Program-made: the position numbers and the translations under genes | Notes under the pieces: generated by a model | The model's database searches: none | The model's input: the letters and a program-made list of their open reading frames with translations, nothing else | Told to the model about the DNA's origin: nothing | Shown: piece by piece, positions 12,493 to 25,000 of the stretch | Layout: the number at the start of each line of letters is the position of its first letter | How positions within the stretch are numbered: position 1 is the stretch's first letter | Assembly (NCBI RefSeq): GCF_963921235.1 | Contig: NC_086109.1 | Location: 29,018,001-29,078,000, forward strand | Source: Mobula hypostoma | Taxonomy: Eukaryota | Length of the DNA: 60,000 nt | Direction: 5' to 3'

Positions 12493-12832
12493 ATTTGTCC
12501 ATATTTACCTCTCAAACATTAAAAAAGGTTAGGTTTACAGCTTAGCTTCACAACTATGCCGTGTGCTACTGAATTTCCCTTGAGTAGGAAAATAGAAACT
12601 CTGCCGGCAGGTGGAATATAATAATAAAAAAACAGACAGCATTCTGTCTAAAAACAGATGACAAGCACACATCCAACTTGCACTTTGAATTTTCTTCCTT
12701 TGATTTCATATACTCATCTAATGAATCCCGTTCCAAGCTCAAGGAAAAGCATTTCAGTACATTACACCCTTCAACTGTGCAGTTAACCATTTCACGTAAC
12801 TAGCATTTGCAGCTCAGATCCAATTAACTGCA

Positions 12833-13258
12833 TTTTCATTGAAGGTCATTAACCTTTGAAAAATAACTTTTTTGCGTCATAGGTGCTGCTTGAGCTGCCG
12901 AATATTCTCCGGCATTCTTGTTTACTCTCGTTTTCCAGTAACTGAAGTGATTTCTAACTCATAGTTCTAACATTCGGTTTCACTTTCCCATTCTTCTGCT
13001 ATTTACAATGGTTTCAGATAGACCGGTTGCAATTGACAAGTCACCCTTACACTTTCTCAACCAACAATTCCGCCCTCCGGATCATTCAGATTCTCAAGGT
13101 ATCCACCCTATTACAGGCATTCCCTCTTCTCTGCATCTTAAAACCTGTTTGATTTCTACCATGTCTTAAATCTAATGAAAGGTCATTGAATTCAAATACT
13201 AACTTTTCTTTCCATAAATACTGTCAATCCTGCTGAGAGTTTCCACATTTTTTTTTAT
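12833..13258 (+). mobile_element. Old Penelope-like terminus pair (second subfamily), direct repeats about 335 bp apart
   Basis: tgaaggtcattaacc...tgctgcttgagctgccgaatattctccggcatt at about 12840 and tgaaaggtcattgaa...cctgctgagagtttccacatttt at about 13176. Confidence 0.5.
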
Positions 13259-13404
13259 CAGAGCAGTTCAATATAAAAACAGAAATGCCTGCCTTCTCAC
13301 AGAAATGCCTGCCTCCTCATAGTTAGTCTCAAATTCCTAATTTTACTGTCTTGACACAAAATTTCTGGGGGGTCTAACACAGGCCCAACTTTTGACACAG
13401 TTAC

Positions 13405-13860
13405 AAAGAAGCCATGACAGCGGCCATATTTTACAAGGAGATTTGAATTGTCACTAAGGACACTCGCAAATTTCTACAGTTGTACTGTGGACTGAATTCT
13501 GACAGGCTGCATCACTGTCTGGTGTGGGGAGAGGGTCCACTGCTCAGGCTCGAAATAAGCTGCAGAAAGTTGTAAACGGAGTCAGCTCCATCATGGGCAT
13601 TAGCCTCCCCAGTATCCATGACATCTTCAAGAAGCGATGGCTCCATCATTAAGGACACCCAGCACCCAGGACATGCCCTCTTCTCATTGTTACCATGAAG
13701 GAGGAGATACAAGAGCCTAAAGGCAAACACTAAACGATTCAAAATTAGCTTCTTCCCCTCTGCCATCAGAATTCTGAATGGACATTGAACCCATGAACAC
13801 CTCTTCACAACTTTTTAATTCTTTTTTTGCACTACTTGTTTAATTTAACTTTATATATAA
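13405..13860 (+). mobile_element. Rex1/Babar 3' fragment
   Basis: aatttctacagttgtactgtgg...ggctgcatcactgtctgg...cacccaggacatgccctcttctca, colinear with 11840-12150. Confidence 0.85.
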
Positions 13861-13917
13861 GTTTCTGATTCTGATCTCTAAAAGTAACCAGGATTATACA
13901 AATCACCTTGTATTCTT

Positions 13918-14155
13918 GAGGTTGAGAGAGTTGAGAACTTTAAGTTCGAGGCATGAACATTGCCAGCAGCTTGTCCTAGAATAATCACGTTGGTGTCACA
14001 GCCAAGCAAACTCACCAATGCCTCTACTTCCTCAGAAGGCTAAAGAAATCCATCACGTCCCTGTCAACACTTACCAATTTTTATTGATGCACTATAGAAA
14101 CCATTCTGTCTGGGTGCATGGTGACTTGGTATGGCAACTTCTCTGCATGTGACCT
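13918..14155 (+). mobile_element. Rex1/Babar RT C-terminal fragment
   Basis: gttgagagagttgagaactttaagttc...cctctacttcctcagaaggctaaag (VERVENFKF...LYFLRRLK). Confidence 0.7.
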
Positions 14156-14949
14156 ATCCCTAACTGTTATCAAAAAGATGGTGGTAAGCCAACTTCTTTG
14201 AGTCCCTGGAGATGCTCCCACAGAGCATTTAAGATGAATGCACCAGGATCTTGCTGCAGTACTGAGAAGGATTGGTAGTACATTTATAAAAGTGCAGAGA
14301 AGCGTATGAAAGCAGGAAGCTGTCCAGCACTAATAACAATTTATTCAGCACACCAAAATAAAAATATGATTGTACTCTAGTGAGTGTAGAGGGGAAATAT
14401 GAGGATGTTGCGTGGAACGAGGAATTGTCACTTGAGGAAAGATAACAAAAAGAGAGAGTTGGGCAGTGGAAACTGAAGTGCATAAAATAACAGTGGACCC
14501 AGGAAGGCGAGATAGAAAGGATCTATTTTCCTTGCTAAAAATTACTTGAAGTAATTGTAAAAGGATTAAGGGGGAAATGAATACATTTTCTTTTCACTCT
14601 GCAAAGTGTACAGTTCGTGAAGTCACAGGGAACAGATGAACAAACTTTCATTGGATTTATTTGGATGCACACTGGAAGAGTTGTGACCTGCAGGGTCATG
14701 GCCTCAAATCTGGAAAGTGGTCAGAGGCTCAGTCACTCTTATTCAACCAGCATTTACATGGTGAACTAACTGGCTTTTTCCTGCCTCATAAACATTGAAT
14801 ATTGCAACGAAATCAGGGGAATTTATAGGTTGTATGAAGACTTACAATTGGTATGGTCTTCCATTCTTGCTGCCCTTTTCCCTATGGATCATAGACTTCT
14901 TAGATTTGGAAACTCCCGCTTCAGTTAAAAGTAATTCATCCATATTCCA

Positions 14950-15375
14950 GAGGAGGGTTTGAGGCCTCTGGGTTTGTATTCAGAGGAGTTTAGAAGAATG
15001 AGGGAGAATCTTACTGAAACCCACCAAATATGGAAAGGCCAGGATGGAGCAGATGTAGAGAGGATGAGTCCAGTAGTGGAGGAGACTAGGACCAGACGGC
15101 ACAGCCCCAGAATAAAGGGACATTCATTTAGAACAAAGATAAGGAGGATTTCTTTAACCAGATGGTGGTGAATCTGTTTAATTCATTGCTACAGATAGGT
15201 GGAGGCAAAGTCTTTGGGTATATTTAAATAGGTCCTTGGGCATTAAAGGTTATGGGGAGAAGACAGGAGAATGGGGTATGAGAGAGATAATAAATCAGCC
15301 ATGATGGAATAGCAGAGCTGACTTGATGGGCCAGATGGCTGGCCTAATTCCGCTCCTATTTTCTTATTATTCCAT
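14950..15375 (+). mobile_element. CR1 LINE 3' fragment
   Basis: LGLYSEEFRRMRENLTET...TRTRRHSPRIKG; 3' end ggcctaattccgctcctatttt. Confidence 0.88.
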
Positions 15376-15403
15376 GTTATAAACCCCTAATATACATTTG
15401 TGA

Positions 15404-15690
15404 GTGGCACAGTAGTGTGGTGGATAGCACAATGTTTTACAGTACCAGTGGCTCAGCTTCAATTCCCGCCACTGCCTGCAAGGAGCTTATACTTTCTCCC
15501 CATGGCCGCGAGGATTTCCTTTGGGTGCTCCAGCTTCCTCCCACAGTCCAAAGACGTACTGGTTGGTAGGTTAATTGGTCATTGCAAATTGTCCTGCAAT
15601 TAGGCTAGGATTAAATTGGGGGAACAATGGGTGGCACGGCTTGAAGGGCTGAATGGGTCTATTCCACATTTTATCTCAACAAATAAATAT
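15404..15690 (+). mobile_element. tRNA-derived V-SINE (HE1-like)
   Basis: tRNA-like head (ggcacagtagtgtggtgg...ttcaattccc) plus V-domain ggtgctccagcttcctcccacagtccaaagac. Confidence 0.8.
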
Positions 15691-16186
15691 ATTTGTACAT
15701 ATTTACCACTATAAATGTACTTACATCAATAAGATGCAAAATAGAAAAGCTCAGAGTAGTTAACAATATTGACCATGCATGCAAAGCTTTTATAAATAGA
15801 AATAAAAAAAACAAAAGGGAAAAATGCACACACCCAAATATTTAAAACCACAAAAACAATTCAAGCATTTTTATATAACTGCTGCTGAAGAGAGTGAGTG
15901 GTGGCCTCAGGGCTCTAGTAGAGTCATGGCAACATTCAAACAGCACTCATTCGAGGCACAACCCAATGGATTGTGCTGTAAAGTAACATTCATAGAGGTG
16001 GATGCTCATGCCACTTTAAGGGGGTGACTAATCTGTCTGAGGTGAAGGAATTCAGCTGCAAAAAGAACTGTTGGACAGAAAGAGAGGTGGGTGATGACAG
16101 GGAGCATGAAAATTGAAGGTCTTGAGCATAATGCTTGGAAAGCTGGCTTTGTGTAATGGACTGAAAGAGTACATGATTAACATTGA

Positions 16187-16320
16187 CAAACAAGAGAAAT
16201 TCTACAGATGCTGGAAATCCAAGCAACGTACACAAAATTCTGGATGAACTCAGCAGGCCAAGCTGCTTCTATGGAAAAAAGTACAGTCGACATTTCGAAC
16301 TGAGACCCTTCATCGGGACA
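16187..16320 (-). mobile_element. Penelope-like terminus with mutated hammerhead core
   Basis: Minus strand gtcCCGATGAagggtctcagttcGAAATGTCgactgtac followed by the conserved terminal tract. Confidence 0.75.
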
Positions 16321-16621
16321 CTGATGCAGTTTCCAAAGAAATGAAGGTGTGAGGTCGGATGCAGGGCTAGCGACTTTCCAATTAGACTGTAGAGGGCTCT
16401 CAAAAGGAAATTATAAGCATTGAAAAGCATATCTCCTTTAATGTACCTGTGCCTGTTTCAATTGAAAAGTTTCTGTCGTAAACAAAACAATGAAGCTGAG
16501 TTGAATCTACACAAGGGTCAACGGTTTTCATTTGACATTTATGTGAAAAAAAATGCGTTTATAATGTGTTTCAACCCAATGAATATTGCAAGTGTCTTTA
16601 AAATGCAGTTCTCTTAAAATG

Positions 16622-17990
16622 TAAGCAAGCAAGTTATTTTTGTACAGCACTTTTCAAACACAGGTCAGTTCAAAGCGCTTTACATAGAACAAGATATAAA
16701 AATCAAACATCAAATTTCAGTCAATATATAAGAGAATAAACTCACAGAAAAAAATAGATATGATAAGTAGAAGTTACAGTGCAGGAGAATCTAATTAAAA
16801 GCTATAGCGAAAAGATAGATTTTACGCCTTGATTTAAAAGAGCTTAAAGTTGAGGCAGACGTCTGATCCTCTGGAGGGTTATTACAGATATGCGGAGCAT
16901 AGTAACTAAAAGCTGCTGCACCATGTTTAGCTTTGGCTCTAAGAACGGTAAGCAGTCTCACCCCAGATGACCTGAGAGCTCAGGAAGGTTCATAATGCAG
17001 CAAGAAATCGGAGATGTATTTTGGTCCCTAGACGATTCAGTGCTTTATAAAGCAACAGTAATATTTTTAAGTCAATCCTTTGATGGACAGGAAGCCAGTG
17101 CAAAGATCTGAGAAGTGGAGTGATATGTTCCACTTTCTTGGTTTTAGTGAGGACTCTAGCAGCAATGTTCTGAATGAGCTGCAGCAGTTTGACGGATTTT
17201 TACAGAGACTTATAAAAGCAATATTACATAGTCAAGCCTACTAAAAATAAATGCATGAATGAGTTTTACTAGATCTTCCTGAGCCCCTTAACTCTCACCA
17301 TATTTTTAAGATGGTAGTAGGCTGACTTTGTAATTGTCTTAAAGTGGCAGTTAAAATTTAAGTCAGAGTCCATCACAACACCAAGGTTTCTGGCTTGGTT
17401 TGTGGTTTGTAACATCAGGGATTCTAAGTGAACACTGACTTTTAATCGTTCTTTTTTTGGCACCAAAACACTTATTTCAGATTTTTCTTTGTTTAACTGG
17501 AGGAGATTTCGGCTTATCTAATCAGTGATCTGTTCAATACAGTTTTTTAATGATTTCATGGGACCATAGTCACTTGATGACACAGTTATATAAATCTGCA
17601 TAAACATGGTAAGTTTGATATAGGCCAGTAGTTATTAATTTCTGAGGCATCTAGGTTGTTCTTTTTTCAAAAAAAAGGCTTAATAACTGCAGTTTTTAGG
17701 GCTATTTGGAAGCAGCCTTTATAGAAGAGAAGTGTTGACTATTTGCAGAATGTCTGGCGCCATGCAATTTAAAACATTTTTCAAAAAGGTTGTAGGTAAA
17801 ATGTCAAAGGAACAGGAGGAGGAGTTCGTGTAGCACAATTTCTTCTAAAGTTTTACAGTCAATAGGTTTGAATTGTGTCATTTTAACTAATCTAGTTCTA
17901 AGTGAGTGAAAAGATGACTTCTGACCTGATGCAGAGACACTGACAGCATGACTAATCTTCTGAATTTTCTCAGTAAAAAAGAACGCACGG
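16622..17990 (-). mobile_element. L2-clade LINE with an internal deletion of the RT core
   Basis: ARNLGVVMDSDLNF..H...ITKSAYYHLKN, LIHAFIFSRLDY, HITPLLRSLHWLPV; L2-type 3' end tgtaaagcgctttgaac...aataacttgcttgc; NYWPISNLP joined directly to QIYITV near 17600. Confidence 0.88.
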
Positions 17991-19008
17991 TTATTATGAA
18001 AACATGGCTGTCATTTTACATGCACGAAGTTTTGATCATCTTAGATTTATCCATTTTTGTTCAGGATTCTTCAGTTTGTTTATTTATTTATAGAATGAGG
18101 CAAAATTTGTTTATGCTGTCCTTCCCAAATTGCCTTTGGTAATTATTTGTTTTTGTAGCCATTTCAGAGAGTAATTAAGAATCAATTGCATGGGTTGCCG
18201 AAAGTCACATACAAACAGGAGAAGACCAAGAGACACTGTGGTCTTCAGGAACTCTGTGGTCAAGCAGGATATATGGATGGGAAAGATTTGGATCGAGATC
18301 CTGTATTGGATCTGGAATCTCGACCCAAATGCCAACAATTCTATTCCCTACTCCACCAGTTGAATTCTTTCAATAGATTATTTGTGTCACATATAAGCAA
18401 GAACAGGTATGGAAAGGCAAATTTCTTCCCTGAAAGGCATGAAACAATTGAATTACTTTTACACAGCAGTATGATTGCCATTAAAAAATATTCCTAGCCT
18501 AAAAGCACTACACTCTGGCGCAGCAGTAATTCTAAATTTTGCTTACTATGATCAGCTTAAGGGATGGGTAATTATTACTAGTCATGCTAGTGACACACGT
18601 ATTCTTAACTATGATTCAATCACGTGCAAATGCTGATTTAAAATGTTTAATAGGTTTGCTGTTAGCATATAGTAACCATAAAATAATATTCAAGACTGGA
18701 AATCATGGGATGCCTAGGTATCAATTATGTACTCTTGCTTCAAAATTCAATTCCGTGAGTATCAATGTATCTGTATTTCAGAAGCTAAATCAAGCACATC
18801 CATTGACAGCGCTGCTGTGCCCAATTCCATTGTCTACATTTATCACCAATCATTTTTCACCTCCCTGTTTGCTTCTCAGTTCAGACCAGCTATCCCATTG
18901 CTCACCTCCTCTTTCTTCCTGCTTCCCAATCGCACATCACCCCAGCTCAGTCCCAAACATCATCCTCCTTTATCTCTAGTTTTTAACTCATGTCCCAATT
19001 GCTTCGAC

Positions 19009-20745
19009 GTAGAAATCACAGAAAACTACAGCACAGAAATAGGTCCTTCAGCCCATCTAGCCTCTGTCAAACCACTTAAACAGCCTCATCCCATCAACCT
19101 ACACCCAGACTACAGTGCGCATGCGCCGGTCGTGCATGCAGCCTGGTACAACCGTTCCGATCTATTCTTTTACTTTCTTCTTCTTTCTTTTTAATTTATG
19201 TTATTTTTTGTATTTTTTTCTCACTGTAACACGTCGAAGCTGCACCCTCTCTAATATGCTGGTAGAGAGAGTTTTATTTGGGTTTTCTTTAGCACTGGAA
19301 ATGGTTATATCCCGACACGCGGGACGGAAGCAAGGTCGCATTGTGTATTCCACGGACCAGCAAATTCCGGTCAGCTTAGCGAACAGAGTGGAAGACACCC
19401 CTGCTGAAACCCAGAGGAAAACACACAGAGGGGGATCACAAAGCCGAGGAAAGAGGACCGGGTCGAGACAACAGAGACTTTTGGAGAAGAGGAGTTCGGT
19501 GGGTAATACCGTTCCGCCTGACCGGAAGTGCACTGAGAGCGGTAAGCGGCGTGAAGGATTGGGGTGCTTACTGATCTGGCTAACAACGGATGGTGCATTC
19601 CAGGGTATATTACGATCGAGGAACATGTTTGCAGACTGGATATTGAACTTTTGACTGTTGGACTTCGGCCACATTCCACCGTGATACAACACTTGGCGGC
19701 ACGGGAGGTCGTTCCTGCCTGTGGCCATCGAACGTGCAGCTCCTCCCGTGGAGGATCAGACACCCTGAGCCAATAGACTGGTCCTGGACTTATTTTCCAT
19801 CTGGCATGGTTTTGCATTTTGTTGTTTGATGGTTGGGGTTTTTTGTATTGCTATATTTACGCTCTATTCTTGGTTGGTGCGGCTGTAACGAAACCAAATT
19901 TCCCTCGGAATTAAAAAAGTATATCTATCTATCTATCTATCTATCTATCATACGTCACCATCCATGCACCAATCCAAACTTCTCTTACATGCTGAAATCG
20001 ATCGAGTTTGTAGGCACCGCTTGTGCTAGCAGTTTGTTTCACACTCTCACACTCCTCTGAGTGAAGAAGTTTCCCTTCATGTTCCCCTTAAACTTTTCAC
20101 CTTTCACCCTTAACCCATAACCTGTAGTTGTAATCCCCTCCAACTCAGTGGGAAAAAAGGCTGCTTCCATTAACCCTATCTATGTATCTCTTAATTTTGC
20201 ATATCTCTGTCAAATCTCCCCTAATCTCTTACATTCCAAGGAACAAAATCCTAAACTAATCAATCTTTCTTTATAACACTTATCCTCCAGTCCTGGCAAC
20301 ATCCTTGTAAATTTTCTCTGTATCCTTCCAATCTTTCCTGTAGGTAGATGACCAAACTGCACACAAAACTTCAAATTAGGTTTTGGCAACATCTTGTACA
20401 ATTTCAACATAACACACTATCTCCTATACTCAATATTTTGGTTATAGAAGACCAACAGTTTTCTTTATGACTCTATCTACCTGTGTTGCCACTGTCACTG
20501 AATTATGGACCTGAATTCCCAGATCCCCTTGTTCTACTGCACTCCTCAGTGCCCTATCGTTCACTGTGTACAATCTACCGTGGTTGGTTCTACCGAAGTG
20601 CAACACCTCACACTTGTCTGCAATAAATTCCATCTGCCATTTTTCAGCCCTTTTCCCAGCTGGTCCAGATCCCTCTGCAAGCTCTGATAGTCTTCCTCGC
20701 TGCCCACTACACTCCCACTCTTGGTGTCATCTGCAAATTTGCTGG
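19009..20745 (-). mobile_element. CR1 LINE 3' portion, interrupted at about 19112-19947
   Basis: EFIADKCEVLHFGRTN, DLGIQVHNS, MLKLYKML..PNLKFCVQF, QRKFTRMLPGL. Confidence 0.88.
19112..19947 (+). mobile_element. Internally deleted, CpG-rich Rex1-type element with (TATC)n tail
   Basis: 5' UTR plus N-terminal RIVYS...RKTHRGG, endonuclease pieces (ESGKR, NNGWCIPGYITIEEHVCRLDIELLTVGLRP) and a (tatc)n tail at 19920-19949. Confidence 0.75.
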
Positions 20746-20769
20746 TCTCATCTGCCTTTCCTACAATAC

Positions 20770-21460
20770 ACTTGCATTGAAATATATGCAGTTCAGAACA
20801 TTAGTCGCACCATGCTCAACCTTTTGATTCTTGTCTTTGCCTTAGGTCTTAACATCATCTGTCTCCACAAGCTCTCCACTATCTGTTCTGGCACTCTGGT
20901 CCCCAAACCCCTGCAACTCCAATTGAACCCACCCCACCCCCGTGCAGCACTAGCAAACCTTTCTGCTGGGATATTAAACCCCCTCCAGTTCAGGTGCAAA
21001 CTGTCTCTTCTGTACAGGTCCCACCTTTCCTGGAAGAAGCTCGATGAACTAAAAATCTGATGCCCTACCTCCTATAACAACTCTATGATCTCCCTATTTC
21101 TGGCCTTATTAGCACATAACACGGGTAAACAATGCTGTAACTTAGCACTTAATTCCTTGACCTCACTTTGCAGAAGCTTGTCACTCTTCCTACCCATGTC
21201 ATTGGTATCTACATGGACCACGGCCTCTGGCTGATCACACTACCGGTTAACAGTGCTGAGGACTTCAAACCACAGAACCTCCTTTCTGTTCCTCTAACTA
21301 ACAAATCCTCTACCACCACAACACGCTTCTTCTCCCCCTGCCCTTCTGCGTCACAGAACCAGACTCAGTGCCAGAGAACAGACTGCTGTGACTTTCCTCT
21401 GTTAGGTCATTCTGCACACCCTCCCCTTCCCGCCAACAGTATCCAAAGTGGTGTACTTGG
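20770..21460 (-). mobile_element. CR1 ORF1 (SGNH/GDSL esterase) region remnant
   Basis: HLNWRGFNIPAERFASAARG, homologous to 44180-44300 in the opposite orientation. Confidence 0.75.
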
Positions 21461-21613
21461 AATATCTTTCCTCTAAAATTTTCCTCCATACTTCTGGTAC
21501 CCATCATCCTCCTCCACAAACCCACACCCTTCCAGGTCTGAAATACAAATATGATTATAAGTCCTTCCCAGATTACAAATGCCTGATTTATATGCTGCTA
21601 TCTATACAATTGA

Positions 21614-21780
21614 TCCCTTGCACGCTTTCCGTCCATGCTGGGTTGAGTGTCAAGCTAGCAACTCGGCCTCGTAAAAATAAGAAAGCCTGCTACAAAAATG
21701 CCGTCATGACGGTGATCTGATGACTCCCCTCGAAGTTATGGGCTTTCTTCTTCTTCCTCTTCTTCTTCTTCTTCTTCTGC
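21614..21780 (+). mobile_element. 5'-truncated SINE with (TTC)n tail
   Basis: 12-bp TSD ctatacaattga at 21602-21613 and 21781-21792; core shared with the SINE at 26361-27683. Confidence 0.8.
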
Positions 21781-22249
21781 CTATACAATTGAGCTTTTAG
21801 ATGAGCAGTGGGATGGATTTGCCAGCTTCTGTGAGGCTGCAGGCATCTTCTGTCATATGGAAATTTCGTTCACATTAATATCTGATTGGTTGAGTAAAAT
21901 AAAAGTTTCCCTAGAATGACCTATGTTTGCACTTACGTATATTGGCAGGCGACTGGATATCTGACTTGTGAATTGATTAGATTACAGACAGTTCTCAGAA
22001 ATAGCATCCTGTCATAACCTAGGGAAGGGCTGTTGTCATCCAGGTTCCTGGAAATACTCAGTAACATCACACTGTTGTCATTTAAATGAGTCGCAGTATG
22101 CCTTGGGCATGGATGTTATTGTTTTGTAGATTAGTTTCTCATACCCAATTGATGCCGGATCCTGGCACTGGCCAATTTTTATCTCTCTCTTATTTTTGTC
22201 TCTGGTACTCTCAACCATGTTTTGCACAGTGAACACATATGTGGACAGG

Positions 22250-22360
22250 AAATTCTGTGGATGCTGGATATCTTGAGTAACATACACAAAATGCTGGAAT
22301 TACACAGCAGGTCAGACTTCATCTGTGGAGGGGAATAAACAGTCAAGACCCCTCAGGACA
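22250..22360 (-). mobile_element. Penelope-like terminus fragment
   Basis: gatgctggatatc...cacaaaatgctggaattacacagcaggtcag. Confidence 0.65.
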
Positions 22361-22364
22361 GACC

Positions 22365-22935
22365 AAAGACTAACACTGACAGAACCACATAATTATAACA
22401 TATAGTTACAGCAGTGCAAAGCAATACCATAATTTGATGAAGAACAAACCATGAGCATGGTAAATAAAGTCTCAAGAGTCCCCGAGTTGATCGACTCCCA
22501 AGTCCCCGACAGCAGGCGGCAAAAGGGAGAAACTTCCTACCATAAACCTCCAGGCACTGTCAACTTACCGATGCCTTGGAAGCAGCCGACCACAGCCGAC
22601 ACTGAGTCTATCCGTCCGAAAACTTCGAGCTTCTGACCAGCCTCCCTGATACAGACTTCCGAGCGCCATCCACTGCGGAGCTCTTTTGACCTCGTCCCGG
22701 CCGCTGAAACACGCAAAGCCGAGAATTTCAGGGACTTTTGCTCCGGAGATTCCGGTTACCACACAGTAGCAGCGGCAGCAAAGAGGGCACTTCAGAAGTT
22801 TTCCAGATGTTCCGCTGTGCTCTCACGTCTGTCTCCATCAAATCAGAATTGTGCACGATCCCCTACTTGACAGATAACAGACATCATCACCGAAATGGCC
22901 GGGCGCGCTGCCGTCGCGCCGCCATCTTCTCTTCC
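22365..22935 (-). mobile_element. CpG-rich non-autonomous retroposon (aagatggcg-headed family)
   Basis: Minus strand begins gaagatggcggcgcgacggc, the same head motif as 9280-10028 and 47455-47935. Confidence 0.55.
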
Positions 22936-23039
22936 CTCCTCAACTTAATGTTAATTTGAACTGAATGTTATCAGCAGGATCTGTCCTTGTTCCAGCACAG
23001 TAAGTGCTATTATGAAGAAAGCATGAGAGCGCTTCCACT

Positions 23040-23650
23040 TTCTAAAAATTTGACAACCTTCCATAAATGTGTGTTGCAGGGTATACTGACTAGTTGCATC
23101 ACGGCTGGTATGGAAACACCAGGGCTCTTGAACGGAAGAGCCTAAAAAAAGTAGTGGATACAGCCCAGCCCATCACAGGTAAAGTCCGCCCCACCATTGA
23201 GCATATCTATAAGGAGAGTTATCGTGGGTAAGCGGCATCCATCTACAAGGACCCCCACCATCTAGGCCATGCTCTGTTCTCTCTGCTGCCATCAGGAAGG
23301 AGATACAGGAGCCTCAGGACCCACACCACTAGGTTCAGTTGCAGTTATTACCCCTCAATCATCAGGCTCTTGAACCAGAGGTGATACCTCACTCAACTTT
23401 ACTCACTCCAACACTGAACTGTTCCCACAACTTATGGACTCACTTTCGAGGATTCTTTATCTCATGTTCCCTATATTTATTTGTTTTTTTTTGTATTTGC
23501 ACAGTTTTTTGTCTTTTGCATATTGGTTGTTTATCCACTTTGTTGCGTGCAGTTTTTCATTTATTCTTTTGTGTTTCTTTGTACTTAAAATGAATCTCAG
23601 GGTTGTATATGATGATATACATGTACTTTGATATTGCATTGAATTTTGAA
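23040..23650 (+). mobile_element. Rex1/Babar 3' fragment with 3' UTR
   Basis: Colinear with 11830-12490 (ggtatggaaacacc...gtagtggatacagcccag...aaatgaatctcagggttgtatatg). Confidence 0.88.
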
Positions 23651-24829
23651 CCCACTGATGATGTTCAAATATGGAAATGGTAGGAAGTTGAATATTTTTT
23701 AATGGAACTAAACATTCCAGTACTGAGGGAAATTTGACCAAAATTATATGAAGTCAACAGTTGTCTCATTATAAAGTATTGAAACCTTATAAATGACTGG
23801 TGACTTATTTTAGGAAGAGAACCACTCAGTGTTATTAATGTTATTCATGACAGGCTCATTAAACACAGCACAGACAGATTCATGGGCATTTTAGGGAATG
23901 AAAGCTGCGCTTGCATTGAAAGAACCTTTAGCATTTTACCACATTAGAATATTTGACTGTTGATACATTAGTGACAAAGTGGGAATCTTATCTGCATTTT
24001 CTTATTAAAGAGTGACATACCACCATAGAACATTCTGGAATTTGGAAAGGAATAAATAGGAATTAGTAGCTTTCAGTATGATTTAGAGAGTTAAAAGCAT
24101 GTAAAAAAACTGGAAGTAATCAGACTACAGTGACATCTTTATGGTTGCGGTCGCTATTTCTTATTCACTGTTTCAGCTCCTAACCTAAGTATTGAACTGT
24201 CTCACTGGAATAAATGCAGAATATGTTGCTCACTGTATCTACAAAAGAAGACATGAGTTTGCTCTGCAGAAGTTCATATTTTATTAACTTTTTCCCAATA
24301 CTATTATTTAAGCCAAAACGTAATTCAAGAGTGCAGAGGATTGGCTGTGTCATCATCCATATTGCTTCATTGTGATGGCCTACGTTACCAACTTCACCCA
24401 CCTTTCTTGGTGGTCTTTCTGCCTATGAATAATCTTTTACAAACCGAATACAGAAGAAAGAGGTATAGCTTCTGCCTATAGTGCCACACATGTTCTTCGT
24501 TTACTTGAAAAATGTCTGAGGCAAGTATTAACCTTGTCATATCTGAACACTACCAAAAACTAGTATTGTACCCAGGTTATCCTTTTCGGATTTCTTTTTT
24601 GCTGGCCGCTTATCAGCCAACCTTTTTCTCCCCTTTGCTGGGCCTTGGAATGTTGTTACACAAACTATTTCCAGTGTTCCAACATGGCAGCCAAGTGGAT
24701 GAAGTAAAAAACAATCCCATAATTAGCTCTGCTGTTCCAAATGCTGTAAGTTTTGACAGGTCAGCTCTGGGAGGACGGAAGCATATCCCACCATATCTTG
24801 CCCAGCAACAGCAAATCAAATTTAACTAT

Positions 24830-25000
24830 AGAGACACACTAAACTGAAGATGCTGAAATCTGGAGCAACAAACAATCTGCTGGAGGAGCTCAGCAGGTTG
24901 AGCAACATCTGTGGAGGAGGGGGTGGAAGGAATTGTCAATGTTTTGGATCAAAACCTTGCTTTAAGATTAGGAGGGGAGATAGCCAGAATAAGAAGGAAA
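24830..25000 (-). mobile_element. Penelope-like terminus fragment
   Basis: gatgctgaaatctggagcaac...tgctggaggagctcagcagg. Confidence 0.6.

Noticed and set aside
15404..15470. tRNA gene
   Set aside because: The A/B boxes belong to a V-SINE head and there is no complete cloverleaf; the same applies to the other SINE heads
19115..19817. Overlapping 148-179 aa ORFs on both strands
   Set aside because: By-product of a GC-rich deleted Rex element
24512..24847. 111-aa ORF in unique sequence (also 36235-36681 and 8280-8606)
   Set aside because: No recognisable domain or convincing splice context; lengths are compatible with chance
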